NCBI GenBank assembly: GCA_034519905.1
Contig: JAXHNY010000020.1
Coordinates: forward strand, 5,498-69,497
Length of the DNA stretch: 64,000 nucleotides
Direction of reading: 5' to 3'
Source of the DNA: Ahrensia sp.
GTDB lineage: Bacteria; Pseudomonadota; Alphaproteobacteria; Rhizobiales; Rhizobiaceae
Shown: one piece after another, positions 21,650 to 34,305 of the stretch
Position numbering within the stretch: the stretch's first letter is position 1
Layout of the letters: every line of letters starts with the position of its first letter
Program-made: the position numbers and the translations under genes
The notes under the pieces: model-generated
What the model saw: the letters and a program-made list of their open reading frames with translations, nothing else
Told to the model about the DNA's origin: nothing
Database searches by the model: none

Positions 21650-22756
21650 CGCTTTCCGAAAACGGTTCTGCGTCCAAATTGCGCTATCTCGTGGGTTTCA
21701 CGCGGCCCCATACGGCGGTCCTTGACCATAGGAACGCTCACCGCATCGCGCATTTCAGCGGCACGGTCCTTAAGAGCGTTCAAAATGGCTCGATCAATGG
21801 GATCATCTGCGTCAAGCTTCCTGTTCAGACTTTCTGCCGCCAGCTGCTCATCGCTCGGCATAGACAAAACTGAGTTTAGGCCACCCCTAATGCCAAACTG
21901 CGGCGCGTTGCGTACCACCAAAAAATACGAACCCATAGGGTTTGTTGCCTCAGGGCCACGATGCAAAACTTCAAAAAGCTCATTTTCCGTCGGCGCAAAA
22001 CCTGCACCATCAATGGGTAGCTTTTGCTTTGGCTAGTACCTCGTCAATGAACAGATCGCTGCGTTCAATGAGCCACCTGTAATCAACCGACGCTTGGTCA
22101 AAAATAACCGGCTTCTCCATTAAATATTGAGAGCCATTGGCAACGAGGCCAATAGGATTTCCAGCCGCAATAGAGCCGGCGCTAGAGTATAAGTAAGGCC
22201 GAATGAAAAATCGGGTAAGTGTTGGCTCTTTGGCCGCCGCCTCAAAATGGAGCGTCGATACTAAGTGATCACTTGGCAGCCAGTGAACTGCTGTTGCAGG
22301 ATTATATAGATGCAATCCGTTGAGCACCCAATAGCCCAGCGTCATTGCACGATGGGCATCATCGGATTTGCGAAAATCTCCAAACGAATAACCTTCTTCA
22401 TCCAAGTCGAGGCTCGCGACCGACGGCGAACGCGTTATACTGACAAAGACATGCGCTGTATGAGCATCAACGCGCTGTTCTGCGTCAGGCATCATTATTT
22501 TCGTGATCGGCTGCGGAAGGCACCCACCAAAACCCGCGCGGGCCAAAGGCAGGTTCTTTTGAGTTATGGAAATATAATAACCGTGCGAACGAAATATGGT
22601 GACGTGATGCGAGCGTGAAAGCACATCTGCCACGCCCATGATGTGACATTTGCGCAGCGCGGCGCTCACCACATCAGCAAGCCCATCCAGCGGCATTTCC
22701 ACAAAACGGGTTTGTAATAACGCGCCTTCGATAGCATTTATCGGTTGAATTTTCAT
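21646..22756 (-). CDS. hypothetical protein, probably one gene frameshifted near 22020
   Basis: Adjacent same-strand ORFs 22010-22840 and 21646-21966 with coding-like composition; no family recognised. Confidence 0.5.
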
Positions 22757-22881
22757 CGCTTCGCCCTCACCAGCCAGATCGAAGTATGAAGCAATTCGGT
22801 TAACAATAACCAAACGAACCCAAACCAAGCAACAGGCCAACGATCATCGGCACTTCAGCGCAGCTCAAGGCACATCCTGCG

Positions 22882-23514
22882 TTACCACTCCACGCCAATT
22901 TGCGCTTTAACGCCTGAACGGAACGGATGCTTGATGAGCTCCATTTCTGTCACCAAATCCGCAACCTCAATAAGCTCGTCCTTGGCATTTCGCCCCGTCA
23001 AAACCACATGGGTCATGGACGGCTTATGGGCATTTAAAAACGCGACCACCTCGTGGATGTCGATGTAATCATAGCGAATGGCGATGTTGATTTCGTCGAG
23101 CAGCACCATGTGATTGGTCTCATCCAAAATCTCTTGCTTTGCCCGCTGCCATGCGGCTTGCGCCATTTCAATATCGCGCGCCTTATCCTGTGTTTCCCAC
23201 GTAAAACCCTCACCCATCGTGTGGAACCGCGCAGACATCCGCCAAATTTTCGCTAAAATTAAATCACGCTCACCCGTCGACATAGCGCCCTTGATAAATT
23301 GCACAACGGCACATTTTCGACCGTGGGCAATATGGCGAAAAATCATGCCAAAGGCGGCTGTTGATTTGCCTTTTCCCTTGCCGGTATGAACAATGATCAG
23401 GCCCTTCTCATCGGTCTTTGTCGCCATAATCTTGTCCCTGGCGACTTTCTTCTTGGCCATTTTCGCATTGTGTTTTGTCACGTCATCGGCAGCTGAATTT
23501 TGCTCGTTGTCCAC
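22882..23514 (-). CDS. cobO: cob(I)yrinic acid a,c-diamide adenosyltransferase
   Basis: HTGKGKGKSTAAFG, QFIKG, MGEGFTWETQD, LDEIN, LTGRNA, KHPF. Confidence 0.95.
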   Translation of the reverse strand: MDNEQNSAADDVTKHNAKMAKKKVARDKIMATKTDEKGLIIVHTGKGKGKSTAAFGMIFRHIAHGRKCAVVQFIKGAMSTGERDLILAKIWRMSARFHTMGEGFTWETQDKARDIEMAQAAWQRAKQEILDETNHMVLLDEINIAIRYDYIDIHEVVAFLNAHKPSMTHVVLTGRNAKDELIEVADLVTEMELIKHPFRSGVKAQIGVEW

Positions 23515-26500
23515 TATTTTGTCCCCGCTAGGTGTTCCAAATCAAATTTTGCTGAATTGCTTTTCGGTGCCCACAATCCGCGCGCAATCGCCTCAATCAT
23601 ACGTTCAGCCATCTCCCGCAACGCATCTGGGTTAGAACGTGCCATAAAATCGCGAACCGCATTATCGTCGATAAACGCCGCATAAACACTATCAAAATGA
23701 TGGTTTTTTACTGCGCCTGTCGTTGCCGCAAATGCAAACATATAATCGACAGTAGCAGCGATTTCGAACGCACCTTTGTAGCCGTGGCGCATCACGCCGG
23801 CGATCCATTTCGGGTTCACGACGCGCGCGCGCACAACGCGGCCGATCTCGTCTTCCAAGGTGCGAATGACCGGGCGTTCGGGGCGCGAGTGGTCGTTATG
23901 ATAAATGACGGGCTGAGCGCCTTGCATCGCTTCAACAGCCGCGCTAATGCCGCCTTCAAATTGGTAATAATCATCGCTATCAAGCAGATCATGCTCGCGG
24001 TTGTCTTGGTTTTGTATGACTGCTTCGACCGTTTTCAACCGCTGTTCAAAAATGGGACGTGCGCTTTCGCCTTCAGCCTTTGCGCCGTAAGCGTAAGATC
24101 CCCACACCATATAGGCCTCGGCAAAGTCTGATCTATCAATCCAGCCCTTTTCATCAATCAACGCTTGCAATCCAGCGCCATAGGCACCGGGTTTTGAGCC
24201 AAATACGCGAAACCCCGCTTGGCGTTTGGCTTCATGTTCCGGCACGCCAGAGGCGATGAGCTTTTCTCGCTCAGCCACCATGCGCGCGGCAATCGGGTTA
24301 TCCTGCGCGTCTTCAACAAGCGCGCCAATTGCGCCAATGGCGCGATCAAAAAGCGCAATCTGATCGGGAAAGGCATCGCGAAAAAAACCAGAAATGCGCA
24401 ACGTCACATCAACGCGGGGGCGGCCAAGCGCGGCAAGCGGCACGATCTCATAGCCGGTCACGCGGCGCAGCACCGTCCCAGATCGGCTTTGCCCCAATGA
24501 GCGCCAGTGCCTGCGCAATATCATCGCCGCCGGTGCGCATATTGGATGTGCCCCAAGCGGTTAGCGCAAAGGAACTTGGCCATTCACCATTGTCTTGGCG
24601 ATAACGCAAAATCAGCAGTTCAGCAGACTTCTTACCCAGCGCCCATGCGGTTTCCGTGGGCACTGCGCGGGTATCGACCGAGTAAAAATTGCGTCCTGTT
24701 GGCAATACATCGGGCCGTCCACGTGTCGGCGCACCCGATGGGCCTGGCTCAACAAAGCGGCCGTCAAGCGCGGCCATGATCCCAGCTATCTCTGCATCGC
24801 CGCAAGCAACAACAGATGGCGCAATGCGCTCGCTAATTTCTTTCAATACCAAATTGGTGTTTTCCCAAGTCAGTGGGCACTCAATAGCGGCGTTTACATA
24901 CTGCGTTGCCAATAGCTCAATGCGCTCAACCGCATCACCATTTGTGCGCCAGACGTCGGCGAGTGATGTGATCCAAAATTTCAGGCTGCGGACCTTTCCA
25001 TGGCTCGGCCATGTCACAGTCGAGCGGATCAAAACCCAAGCACAGATCTTCGGCGATTGCCCGCTGCAGGCTCTGGTCACGGCCTTGGCCAGCGCCGCGC
25101 GGAACCCGCGCCAAAGCAACCACCAAATCATCAAGCAGGCGACCTTGCGGCGCTTTGCCAAAAATGTGCAACCCATCGCGAATTTGCATCTCTTTGAGGT
25201 CGCACAAATAGGCATCAAGTTTTTCGAGCGCTACATCCTCACGATCATTTCCTGCAATGCCTGCATCTTGATCAAGACCAATGTCACGCACGAGATCCAA
25301 AATCTTTTTGCTTAAGACTTTTATGCGGCGCGGGTCATTGCCCGATGCGTCGTAAAACTCATCGACCAGCGCCTCAAGATCGCGCAGCGGACCATAGGTT
25401 TCCGCGCGGGTAAGTGGCGGCGTTAGGTGATCAATAATCACCGCCGAAGTCCGCCGCTTGGCCTGACTTCCCTCACCGGGATCATTGACGATAAATGGAT
25501 AAATATTCGGCGTCGGACCAAGTGCTGCTTCAGGGTAGCAAGCTTCCGTAAGCGCCAGCGCTTTTCCCGGTAACCACTCCAAATTGCCATGCTTGCCCAT
25601 GTGAACAATCGCATCAACTTTATGGATGTGACGCAAATAAAAATAGAACGCAAAATACCCGTGAGGCGGTACAAGATCGGGCGAATGATGACTTGTCTTC
25701 GGATCAATATTGTAGCCCCGCGCAGGCCTGGATGCCGACAAAAACATGGCCAAGACGCATCATCGGCAGCGCAAATTGATCGCCTATAAAAAATGGATCG
25801 GTTTCCGGCGCGCCCCATCGAGTGGTAACTTCAGCTTGAATCTGTTTTGGAAGCTGCGCAAACAACGCATTGTATTCATTGAGCAAAATAGTCTCACGTA
25901 TTTCACGACCTGCCACCGCAGCATTTGTCGGACCGGCCTTTAGGATGTCCATCAGGGCATCACCGTTTTCAGGTAAATCGCTTAAACTATAACCTTCAGC
26001 CCTCATCGCACGCAGCACTTCGAGTGTGCCTGCGGGCGTGTCAAGACCAACGCCATTGGCAAGGCGGCCATCGCGGTTTGGGTAGTTGGCAAGCACGACC
26101 GCAACTCGTCTGTCGCACGCATTTTTGCGCCGAAGTTGCGCCCAGTTTTTTGCCAGTTCTGCCACAAATTCAACGCGGCTCTCCACCGGCTTATGGGCGA
26201 CAATATTGCACTCGACATTGGCATCAAATACATCAGCCGCCTTGAATGAAATTGCGCGGGTGAACACGCGACCATCAACCTCCGGCAGGGCGACATTCAT
26301 CGCCAAATCACGAGCATTTAGCCCCTGCGATGACGCAGCCCAAGTCGCCTCATCGCAGCTGGCTAATACAACCTGCAGCACTGGTGCGCCGGTCGCCTCA
26401 AGCACCGTTGGCACGCGTTCACTACCCGGTGATGACACTGCAAATCCGGTCGTATTTAAAACCACATCCGGCGATTGATCGGCAAATAATTTGGCAACAA

Positions 26501-27216
26501 CCGCCGCACTGAAATCGTCTTTTAAACTTGAAACATAAATCGGGCTAACCGACATACCGCGCCTTTGCAGAGCATCACACAGCGCATCAATGGGTGCGGT
26601 CTGCCCCGACTGTAATAGCGCGCGGTAAAATATAATCGCCGCATGTCCATTTTTATTCTCTGCAATATTTGTATCTTGATGCAGCAATCCAGCTTTCAGC
26701 AGCGGCACAGCGTTGCTTGAAATTGTTTTACCCGCAACAACATCAGCGCAGGCGTCGACAAAACTGCGTGCATTATCAGCCCCGCCTTCCACCAACAATT
26801 GCCACAATGTTTGGTATGTCGCATGCGCTACATTTCGATAGCGCCTCAAGCGCTGTATCGGGTTTATCATCGCCCGGCAAAAGAGCAATTTTAACGCCCG
26901 CTTGCTGCGACAAAGCAACCAAAGCTTCAACCCCGTAAGACCAATAGGCCTGCCCACCCAGCAGTCTTACAACGATCAACTTTGCATGGCGGCCGGTGCG
27001 CTCTGCCCACGTATCCACAGACATCGGATGCTTGAGCTGTAAAACGTTGGCCAAGCGCATAGTGCTCGCCTGCAAACCCCTCGCCGCAATTCCAACACAG
27101 GCAAGTTCAGTATCTGCCGCCGACAAAAAGCAAATATCTGCGGGCGATTGGCCAAGGTCGATTGCCTCGCCATCGGCATCGCTCAATGTGCCTTTTTGCG
27201 CGAGCAGCAGGTGCAT
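23514..27216 (-). CDS. cobN: cobaltochelatase subunit N, split into five ORFs by frameshifts
   Basis: MHLLLAQKG start, LPEVDGR, HMGKHGNLEWLPGK, DPGEG.QAKRR, LPTGRNFYSVD, RPRVDVTLRISGFFRDAFP, NPKWI.G...HGYKGAFE in order. Confidence 0.92.
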
Positions 27217-27222
27217 GAAGCG

Positions 27223-28278
27223 TTACACCGCGTGCTGAATGGCAGCAGTTATAGCGCCTTCATCAAGATCGTGCAGGCCAATCACGACAAGCCGTGTTTT
27301 GCGGTTCTCGCCTTCGCCCCATGCACGGTCAAAATAAACATCAATCCGCTGACCTACAGCCTGAACGACCAAGCGCATCGATTTGCCCGGCACATTGCAA
27401 AAACCTTTGAGACGTAAAATATCATTCGCTGCAATGACATTTTGAAGCGCTGACTTAAACTGCGCAATATCACCAACATCGCCTGCCTCGACAACAAAGC
27501 TCTCAAAATCATCATGGTCGTGCTCGTGGGTATGACCATCCGCATGGTGAATTTCGTGATGAGATTTTCGGTTGGCAATTTCATCTTCTGTGGCCGCACT
27601 CATTCCGAGCAAAACGGAAAGCGGCAGCTTGCCATGCTCTGCGTGAACCATCTTGAGCGGGCGATCACTTTGGCTTTGTACATTTGCGCGCACCGCTTCA
27701 AGACCCGCTGCATCGATGAGATCGGCCTTGTTAAGCACGATCATATCGGCAGCACGAATCTGATCCTCAAACAGCTCTTCCAACGGACTTTCATGGTCGA
27801 GTTCTTCGTCCGCTGCGCGCTGAGCATCTAATTTGTCGTGATCATGGGCAAAGCGCCCCTCGGACACGGCTGCCGCATCAATTACCGTGATGACACCATC
27901 GACGGTAACTTGCGTTTTGATTTCCGGCCAGTTGAAAGCGGCAACAAGCGGCTGAGGCAGCGCTAAACCAGATGTTTCTATGATAATATGATCTGGCCTA
28001 ATGTCGCGCTCAAGCAATTTGGCCATCGTCGGAATGAAATCGTCTGCAACCGTGCAGCATATGCAACCATTGTTGAGTTCGATAATGTCATCTTCCGTGC
28101 AAGTCTCGATACCGCACCCTTTAAGCAAATCGCCGTCAACCCCAAGATCACCAAACTCGTTGATGATGAGCGCGATTTTCTTACCCTCCGCATTTTGTAA
28201 GAGATTGCGGATCAGCGTTGTTTTTCCCGCCCCTAAGAACCCGGTAATAATCGTTGCTGGAATTTTCTCAACTAACAT
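27223..28278 (-). CDS. cobW: cobalamin biosynthesis GTPase/metallochaperone
   Basis: TGFLGAGKTT, INEFG, NGCICCTV, ETSGLALP, His-rich segment. Confidence 0.95.
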   Translation of the reverse strand: MLVEKIPATIITGFLGAGKTTLIRNLLQNAEGKKIALIINEFGDLGVDGDLLKGCGIETCTEDDIIELNNGCICCTVADDFIPTMAKLLERDIRPDHIIIETSGLALPQPLVAAFNWPEIKTQVTVDGVITVIDAAAVSEGRFAHDHDKLDAQRAADEELDHESPLEELFEDQIRAADMIVLNKADLIDAAGLEAVRANVQSQSDRPLKMVHAEHGKLPLSVLLGMSAATEDEIANRKSHHEIHHADGHTHEHDHDDFESFVVEAGDVGDIAQFKSALQNVIAANDILRLKGFCNVPGKSMRLVVQAVGQRIDVYFDRAWGEGENRKTRLVVIGLHDLDEGAITAAIQHAV

Positions 28279-28281
28279 ATT

Positions 28282-28853
<572 letters not shown>

Positions 28854-28979
28854 CCAGCATCTACTTTTGGTTCAAACGGGCCAACAAGAACGAACCAAAG
28901 CGTGCGCGTGGGCGCGATACAAAGCCCACATACAAACCAAAGGTCCGACCAAGGACGCCCGCCCTATCAGATCAATTGC

Positions 28980-29186
28980 AAAGGCAGGTCTCCTGGCTCA
29001 AGGTTTTTGTTGTGCTGCCTTTACCTTCCCGGGCTTTTAATTTCCCAGTGGCGCCCTTTTTGGATTGGGCACAAGACATCAAACCTTATACAGTCGCGGG
29101 GTCGGCTGCGATTAAAGCGCCCTCAATCATGCGCCCGTCACATTCCCTTTTGATCCAACGCGGTATCCCGCGTTTAGAACCATTGC
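28980..29186 (-). ncRNA. cobalamin riboswitch upstream of cobP-cobW-cobN-cobO
   Basis: Minus strand reads GGTT...AAAAGGGAATG...GCCGACCCCGCGACTGTA...GCCACTGGGA...CCGGGAAGG...GAGCCAGGAGACCTGCC (B12 box). Confidence 0.95.
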
Positions 29187-29246
29187 AAAGCCACGTTATG
29201 CCTTGCGCCAAGGACGGTCAATGGCCAATCAGCGTTGTTCAGGCAA

Positions 29247-30725
29247 TCAAATCGCTGGGCGAAAATTTTCAGCGGCGGCTAAAAGCCCGTCGATATCGAG
29301 CAATTCTTCAAGCCTATTGGCAATATCGTCAAGCGCAGTCGATACCGCATCAAGATGATCGCCGCCATCGGAACCAACGCCATAGGACGCCAGCCACGCT
29401 TTGCGAAAAGCACCACTGCCAAAATAGCCATGCAGATAGGTGCCGGAAATTCTGCCGTCATAGGATGTCGCACCATCGGGCCGATCACCAATCATCGTCG
29501 TCGGGCGCGCGCAGTCATCACCAGCAGTCTCGCCAATGTGAATTTCATAGCCCGAAACCAGCAAATCAAACTTGCAGCTCTTTGCTTTGACGTTTTTAAC
29601 GTGCTTTTCAGCCTGCATCGTCGTTGAGACATTTAATAGGCCGAGGCCTTTGATGGTAGAAGGTTCGCCCTCAAGCCCACTCGGATCAGCGATCGTTTGT
29701 CCGAGCATTTGATAGCCGCCGCAAATACCAAGCACATGCCCACCGCCTTGCACATGGGCTTGCAATTGCACATCCCAACCATTCTCGCGAAAGCGTATCA
29801 AATCGGAGATGGTCGACTTTGAGCCTGGAATGATCACTAAATCCGCGTCGGTAGGCAGCGCCTCATTGGGCTTGACCATGACAACTTCAACGCCCGGCTC
29901 CGCAATCAACGGGTCAAGATCATCAAAATTAGAAATCCTGTCGAGCATGGGCACGGCAATCTTGAAAGCACTTTTGCGCGCACGCATCAGATTTTCGAGC
30001 GCTACGGAATCTTCGGCGGGCAAGCGTGTCGCATCTTTAAGCCAAGGGACAACACCAAAACTCGGCCAACCCGTAAACTTCGTCACGGCGAGCAACCCAT
30101 CATCAAAAAGCGATACATCGCCGCGAAATTTATTGATGATGAACCCGATAATCATAGCGCGGTCTTCATCCGATAAAATCGTATGCGTTCCGACCAGCGA
30201 CGCGATGACACCACCGCGGTCAATATCGCCCACCAAAACGACCGGCACATGGGCGCGCGTCGCAAAGCCCATATTCGCGATATCACCTTGCCGCAAATTG
30301 ATTTCGGCAGGCGAACCTGCGCCTTCAACAACGACAATATCAGCCTCCGTGCGCAAGCGCTCAAAACTGGTCAAAACTGCGCTTAACAGCGACGGCTTTA
30401 GCTTTTGATAATCGCGGCCCTTGGCTGTACCGATCACCTTGCCATGCACAACCACTTGGCTTCCCACTTCCGACTGGGGTTTCAGCAAAACAGGGTTCAT
30501 ATGGATGCTGGGGCTCACGCCGCAGGCCAAGGCTTGCAGCCATTGTGCACGGCCGATCTCACCACCATCATCAGCAACAGCTGCGTTGTTTGACATATTT
30601 TGTGGCTTGAACGGTCTTACTTTAAGACCACGATTTTTGAGCGCACGGCAAAGTCCTGCAACAAGAACGGTCTTGCCAACATCAGAACCGGTACCCTGCA
30701 ACATAATTGAAAGCGCCAAAGCCAT
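29247..30725 (-). CDS. cobQ: cobyric acid synthase
   Basis: QGTGSDVGKT, PFKPQNMSNN, EGAGSPAEINL, GDIDRGG, GICGGYQMLG, GYEIH. Confidence 0.95.
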   Translation of the reverse strand: MALALSIMLQGTGSDVGKTVLVAGLCRALKNRGLKVRPFKPQNMSNNAAVADDGGEIGRAQWLQALACGVSPSIHMNPVLLKPQSEVGSQVVVHGKVIGTAKGRDYQKLKPSLLSAVLTSFERLRTEADIVVVEGAGSPAEINLRQGDIANMGFATRAHVPVVLVGDIDRGGVIASLVGTHTILSDEDRAMIIGFIINKFRGDVSLFDDGLLAVTKFTGWPSFGVVPWLKDATRLPAEDSVALENLMRARKSAFKIAVPMLDRISNFDDLDPLIAEPGVEVVMVKPNEALPTDADLVIIPGSKSTISDLIRFRENGWDVQLQAHVQGGGHVLGICGGYQMLGQTIADPSGLEGEPSTIKGLGLLNVSTTMQAEKHVKNVKAKSCKFDLLVSGYEIHIGETAGDDCARPTTMIGDRPDGATSYDGRISGTYLHGYFGSGAFRKAWLASYGVGSDGGDHLDAVSTALDDIANRLEELLDIDGLLAAAENFRPAI

Positions 30726-30764
30726 GGTGATGCGCGTAGCGGAAAAATTTCGCAAGCAAAAGTG

Positions 30765-32879
30765 CTAAAATCCGGACTCGCGAATAAGCACCCCTGCTAT
30801 GCGGCGAACAATTCGGCGCGCGAGCGTCTCAGTGGTCGCCTTAATATGCACAGTGCCGCGCATTTCAAAATTCGGAGAACTAAACGTTTCTAGAGGTTTG
30901 AAGTTAGCTTGGTAGTGCGGGACGGCGGGAACGGGTGTGCCCTTTTCTGCATCTTGTTTTGTTGCAATTTCCCCGCCAAATATATCGAGTTGAGTGCGCA
31001 TGGCAGCATCGTTTTCAACGGCAGGCGCAAGATCAGTCAGCACGAGTTCAATTGGCTTTTGTTCCAACTCCTCAGCAAAGAATGTGGCAGTCGCACCCGG
31101 CGACAAACGCCCTATCGCTTCAGAAGCCACAAACGCTTTTATTGTTCCCGCATTTCGATTGGAAATAATTCCAATGGGTCTTGCGCCTGAAAGATAATCG
31201 CCAACTTTTAAGTTGGTGATGGTATTCGACAAAACGCCGTCCATCGATGCCGTGACGACTAAATCACCGATGCGGTTTTGCAGGGCGGCAAATTCTTGTA
31301 TTTTACTCTGCAGTTCGCTTTCCAAAACTGATCGAAAAGACAAATCTTGGGCATCGGCACTTGTTCGCGCGAGACGCAGCTTCAACAGGTTAATTTCTTG
31401 ATCGACCCGCGATAATTGCGCTTCAACCGTGACATCCTGCAAAGTCGCAAGCACCTCGCCGCGCCGCACAGGCTTATTTTCGACCAGATTAAATTCAACA
31501 ATTTGGCCGGCACCACGGGGAAAAATCTGCTCAACATTTTCTGCAGACAATACAGCCGGCGCGGCAACGCGGCTTTGCCAAGGCACAAACAAGATACCGA
31601 GCAGTCCAATTAGGAGAGCGGCTGAGCGAAGCGTTGCCCAGTTTAGGTTAAATTTTGCTGCACGCGCCCTCCACTCTTTTAGCTCGCGCCATATGGGCAA
31701 AACGATGAACCACGCGATTTCAACAGCAAAAAGCGCGATGCCAGCGATCTTGAAAAACATGTGATAGACAACCAGTGCAATCCCTAAAAACAGAAAAAAA
31801 CGATAAACCCAAGTCGCATAGGCATGGGCGATAACAAGCCTTTGTGTCGACGCTGCCATGTTTTCAGGCGCTGGTTCGCCAAAGCCAAACAGAAATTCAC
31901 GCAGGCGCCACCGCGCCAGCGCAAAACCGCGACCTTGCAAATTTTCAATACCTGAACCATCGCTGAGCAGATAATATCCATCAAAGCGCATCAGTGGGTT
32001 AAGGTTCACAGCCAAACTCAAGACCCACGAAATAGTTGCCACAACAAACGCCAGCGACCGCATCATGCCATCGGGCAAAAATACCCATAACAATGTGGCA
32101 ACAACAGCCAGAACCAGTTCAGCGAAGATACCGGCCGCATCGATCATAAGCCGCTTGCGCCGCTCCAAGCGCCAAGCCGATGTGGTGTCGGTATAAAGGA
32201 TTGGGAATAAAACGATAAAAGCCGCACCCAAAGTTGAAACATGTGCACCATATTTGCGCGCCATAAAAGCATGGCCAAACTCGTGGATGACTTTAACCAA
32301 TGCCAACACCACGCCGTAAGTAAACGCGCCTTCCCATGTCAAAAAACTGGAAAAGGTCGTCAGAAACACGTCCCACTGGCGCGATACGAGCCATAATGCC
32401 AAAAGACCAAGCACAGCACTTGTGATCACAAAACTGCGCGTAAACATCCAACTGACAAACGGCCAAGCGATGTCCAAAAACTTTTGCGGCCGCACAAGCG
32501 GAATGCGGAAAAACAAATAGGAATGCAGGCCTTTTGACAAAATTGATTTTTCGCGGCTCTTTGCAATACCGGCATAATGTCGCCAACCTCCGTCTTTTGG
32601 TTCCCGCGTCAACTCATTTGCAATTAAAAACTTCGCCACAGCTTCAAGCCGCTCATCGGGCAAAGGTTTGGCAAACCGCTCTTCATAGGCTACGCTCAGT
32701 TCAAGTTTTGTGCCCGCCCGCCATATGGCCATCACCTCAAAAATAGATTGTGAAATACGAAAATAGGCTTGACGAACCGGATCAGTAATCATCCAGCCGC
32801 CCACATCCGGTGCCCCGCGCTCAATCGTCAGATCGTCGCGCAATCCAGGCAATTTCGGTTCCGGCGCGGTGCTCGCCAT
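30765..32879 (-). CDS. site-2 (M50) peptidase fused to a HlyD-type membrane-fusion domain
   Basis: PqqD-like N-terminus (DPVRQAYF), HEFGH, NLNPLMRFDGY, multiple TMs, C-terminal lipoyl/coiled-coil MFP region. Confidence 0.85.
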   Translation of the reverse strand: MASTAPEPKLPGLRDDLTIERGAPDVGGWMITDPVRQAYFRISQSIFEVMAIWRAGTKLELSVAYEERFAKPLPDERLEAVAKFLIANELTREPKDGGWRHYAGIAKSREKSILSKGLHSYLFFRIPLVRPQKFLDIAWPFVSWMFTRSFVITSAVLGLLALWLVSRQWDVFLTTFSSFLTWEGAFTYGVVLALVKVIHEFGHAFMARKYGAHVSTLGAAFIVLFPILYTDTTSAWRLERRKRLMIDAAGIFAELVLAVVATLLWVFLPDGMMRSLAFVVATISWVLSLAVNLNPLMRFDGYYLLSDGSGIENLQGRGFALARWRLREFLFGFGEPAPENMAASTQRLVIAHAYATWVYRFFLFLGIALVVYHMFFKIAGIALFAVEIAWFIVLPIWRELKEWRARAAKFNLNWATLRSAALLIGLLGILFVPWQSRVAAPAVLSAENVEQIFPRGAGQIVEFNLVENKPVRRGEVLATLQDVTVEAQLSRVDQEINLLKLRLARTSADAQDLSFRSVLESELQSKIQEFAALQNRIGDLVVTASMDGVLSNTITNLKVGDYLSGARPIGIISNRNAGTIKAFVASEAIGRLSPGATATFFAEELEQKPIELVLTDLAPAVENDAAMRTQLDIFGGEIATKQDAEKGTPVPAVPHYQANFKPLETFSSPNFEMRGTVHIKATTETLARRIVRRIAGVLIRESGF

Positions 32880-32892
32880 TGCCCCCAGCATT

Positions 32893-34305
32893 CTACAGGC
32901 CCAACCACTGGCGCGCCGCAGACAAGGGGCTGCGGAACAGATAATAGCCAAGTGACACTTTACCATTTGAAATGCGCGCTGTTCCACGCAGACCAATACG
33001 CAAATCTGACTGATCCTCTGGAGATATTTGCGGCAACGCCGTCACACGGTACGAAAGCGTATTTTGATCAGTTTCCTGCGCGCGAAAACTCGCTCGTTCA
33101 TACTGTGCATTAAATGGCTTCAAAGGGTCATTGTGCAAAAATACGCGCACCGAGGCACCCTCTTGCAGGACTATGCTGTCACCGATGCTCACATCGATGC
33201 GCATCTCCACACGGGCCGGATCACCAATTTCCATCACGCCCTCCCCGGTTGCAACGGGTCGTCCAACCCAATCATCTTTTGACGTGAACAACGCAACACC
33301 GTCACTTGGCGCATAGACAACACTGCGCTCGAATGCCGCTTTAGCCTCGTCGCGCTCAGCTTCAGCGACACCAAGCTCAGATTTTGCAACGGCTATATCT
33401 CTGCGCATTTCCGCCGATGACGATGCACCTTGTAGCACCCGCCGATAGCGTGCCTCAGCCACTTCAAGATTGCGCTCTGCAACACCCAAGCGGCCTAATA
33501 GTTCGGTATCATTGAAACGCATCACTATTGAGCCAGCACGCACGGGTGCATTGGGCTCGATGTCAATTGACTGAATAACACCATCCATCGGTGCCGTCAC
33601 AATGTAAGGATCGCGAGCCACGATTTCCGCAGGCGCCAAAACGCTCATCGGAACGGGAATCATCAGCGCAAGTCCACCTAAAACGACGCAGGCACTGATG
33701 CAAAATTTCAGGTTGCGCGAAAAGCGGGCGGTGCGCAAAGACTTGTCAAAATACGCGAGCGCATGACCATAAGCACCGCTAAGGCGCTGACTTAGGACTT
33801 TTTCACTCTCTGAAAACTCAGTATTGCGCAAAAGCAAAAGCCTTCCAAGAACGGGTCCCGAAGGTGCGATAAGTGGCAACAACAACCCATGACCAAAACT
33901 TAAATCCAACACTTTGAGTTTAGCATCAGAAACGACCTGCAATTTATTCGGTTCGTTTAGATCGCTGACCAATTTTTCGGCATTGCGAACCATTGGCGCA
34001 TTTCGATCAATCGTCGTCACTGAGGATGCCGCCTTTAAACGCCAGCTGCCTTTTCGTGCGCCTGCTACAAAAAATAAGACTTGGGCGGCCGGCACCAACT
34101 TCGTCGTTTCGTTGCACATAAAATAACCAAGTGCGTTGAAGCTTGAAACCGCACGGACGTCGCCCTCAAGCACGAGCAGCTTTTCAAGCGCAGATGGACC
34201 GTTTTCGTTGGATTGACCCTTCGGGGCAACGTCGGTGGACGTTATATTTGGTTTTATCCCAGCAGCCGACGCAGATCTTTTGACAAGCCTCGGATCCAAG
34301 TTCAT
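32893..34305 (-). CDS. HlyD-family adaptor with N-terminal GAF-like domain
   Basis: VTAPMDGVI..I...PN..V..G, coiled coil, YAPSDG, GRPV.TGE, GLRGTARI. Confidence 0.82.
   Translation of the reverse strand: MNLDPRLVKRSASAAGIKPNITSTDVAPKGQSNENGPSALEKLLVLEGDVRAVSSFNALGYFMCNETTKLVPAAQVLFFVAGARKGSWRLKAASSVTTIDRNAPMVRNAEKLVSDLNEPNKLQVVSDAKLKVLDLSFGHGLLLPLIAPSGPVLGRLLLLRNTEFSESEKVLSQRLSGAYGHALAYFDKSLRTARFSRNLKFCISACVVLGGLALMIPVPMSVLAPAEIVARDPYIVTAPMDGVIQSIDIEPNAPVRAGSIVMRFNDTELLGRLGVAERNLEVAEARYRRVLQGASSSAEMRRDIAVAKSELGVAEAERDEAKAAFERSVVYAPSDGVALFTSKDDWVGRPVATGEGVMEIGDPARVEMRIDVSIGDSIVLQEGASVRVFLHNDPLKPFNAQYERASFRAQETDQNTLSYRVTALPQISPEDQSDLRIGLRGTARISNGKVSLGYYLFRSPLSAARQWLGL

Noticed and set aside
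23514-27216. cobN as a naturally split or programmed-frameshift gene
   Set aside because: Breaks fall mid-domain without RBS or slippery-site evidence and match the window-wide error pattern.
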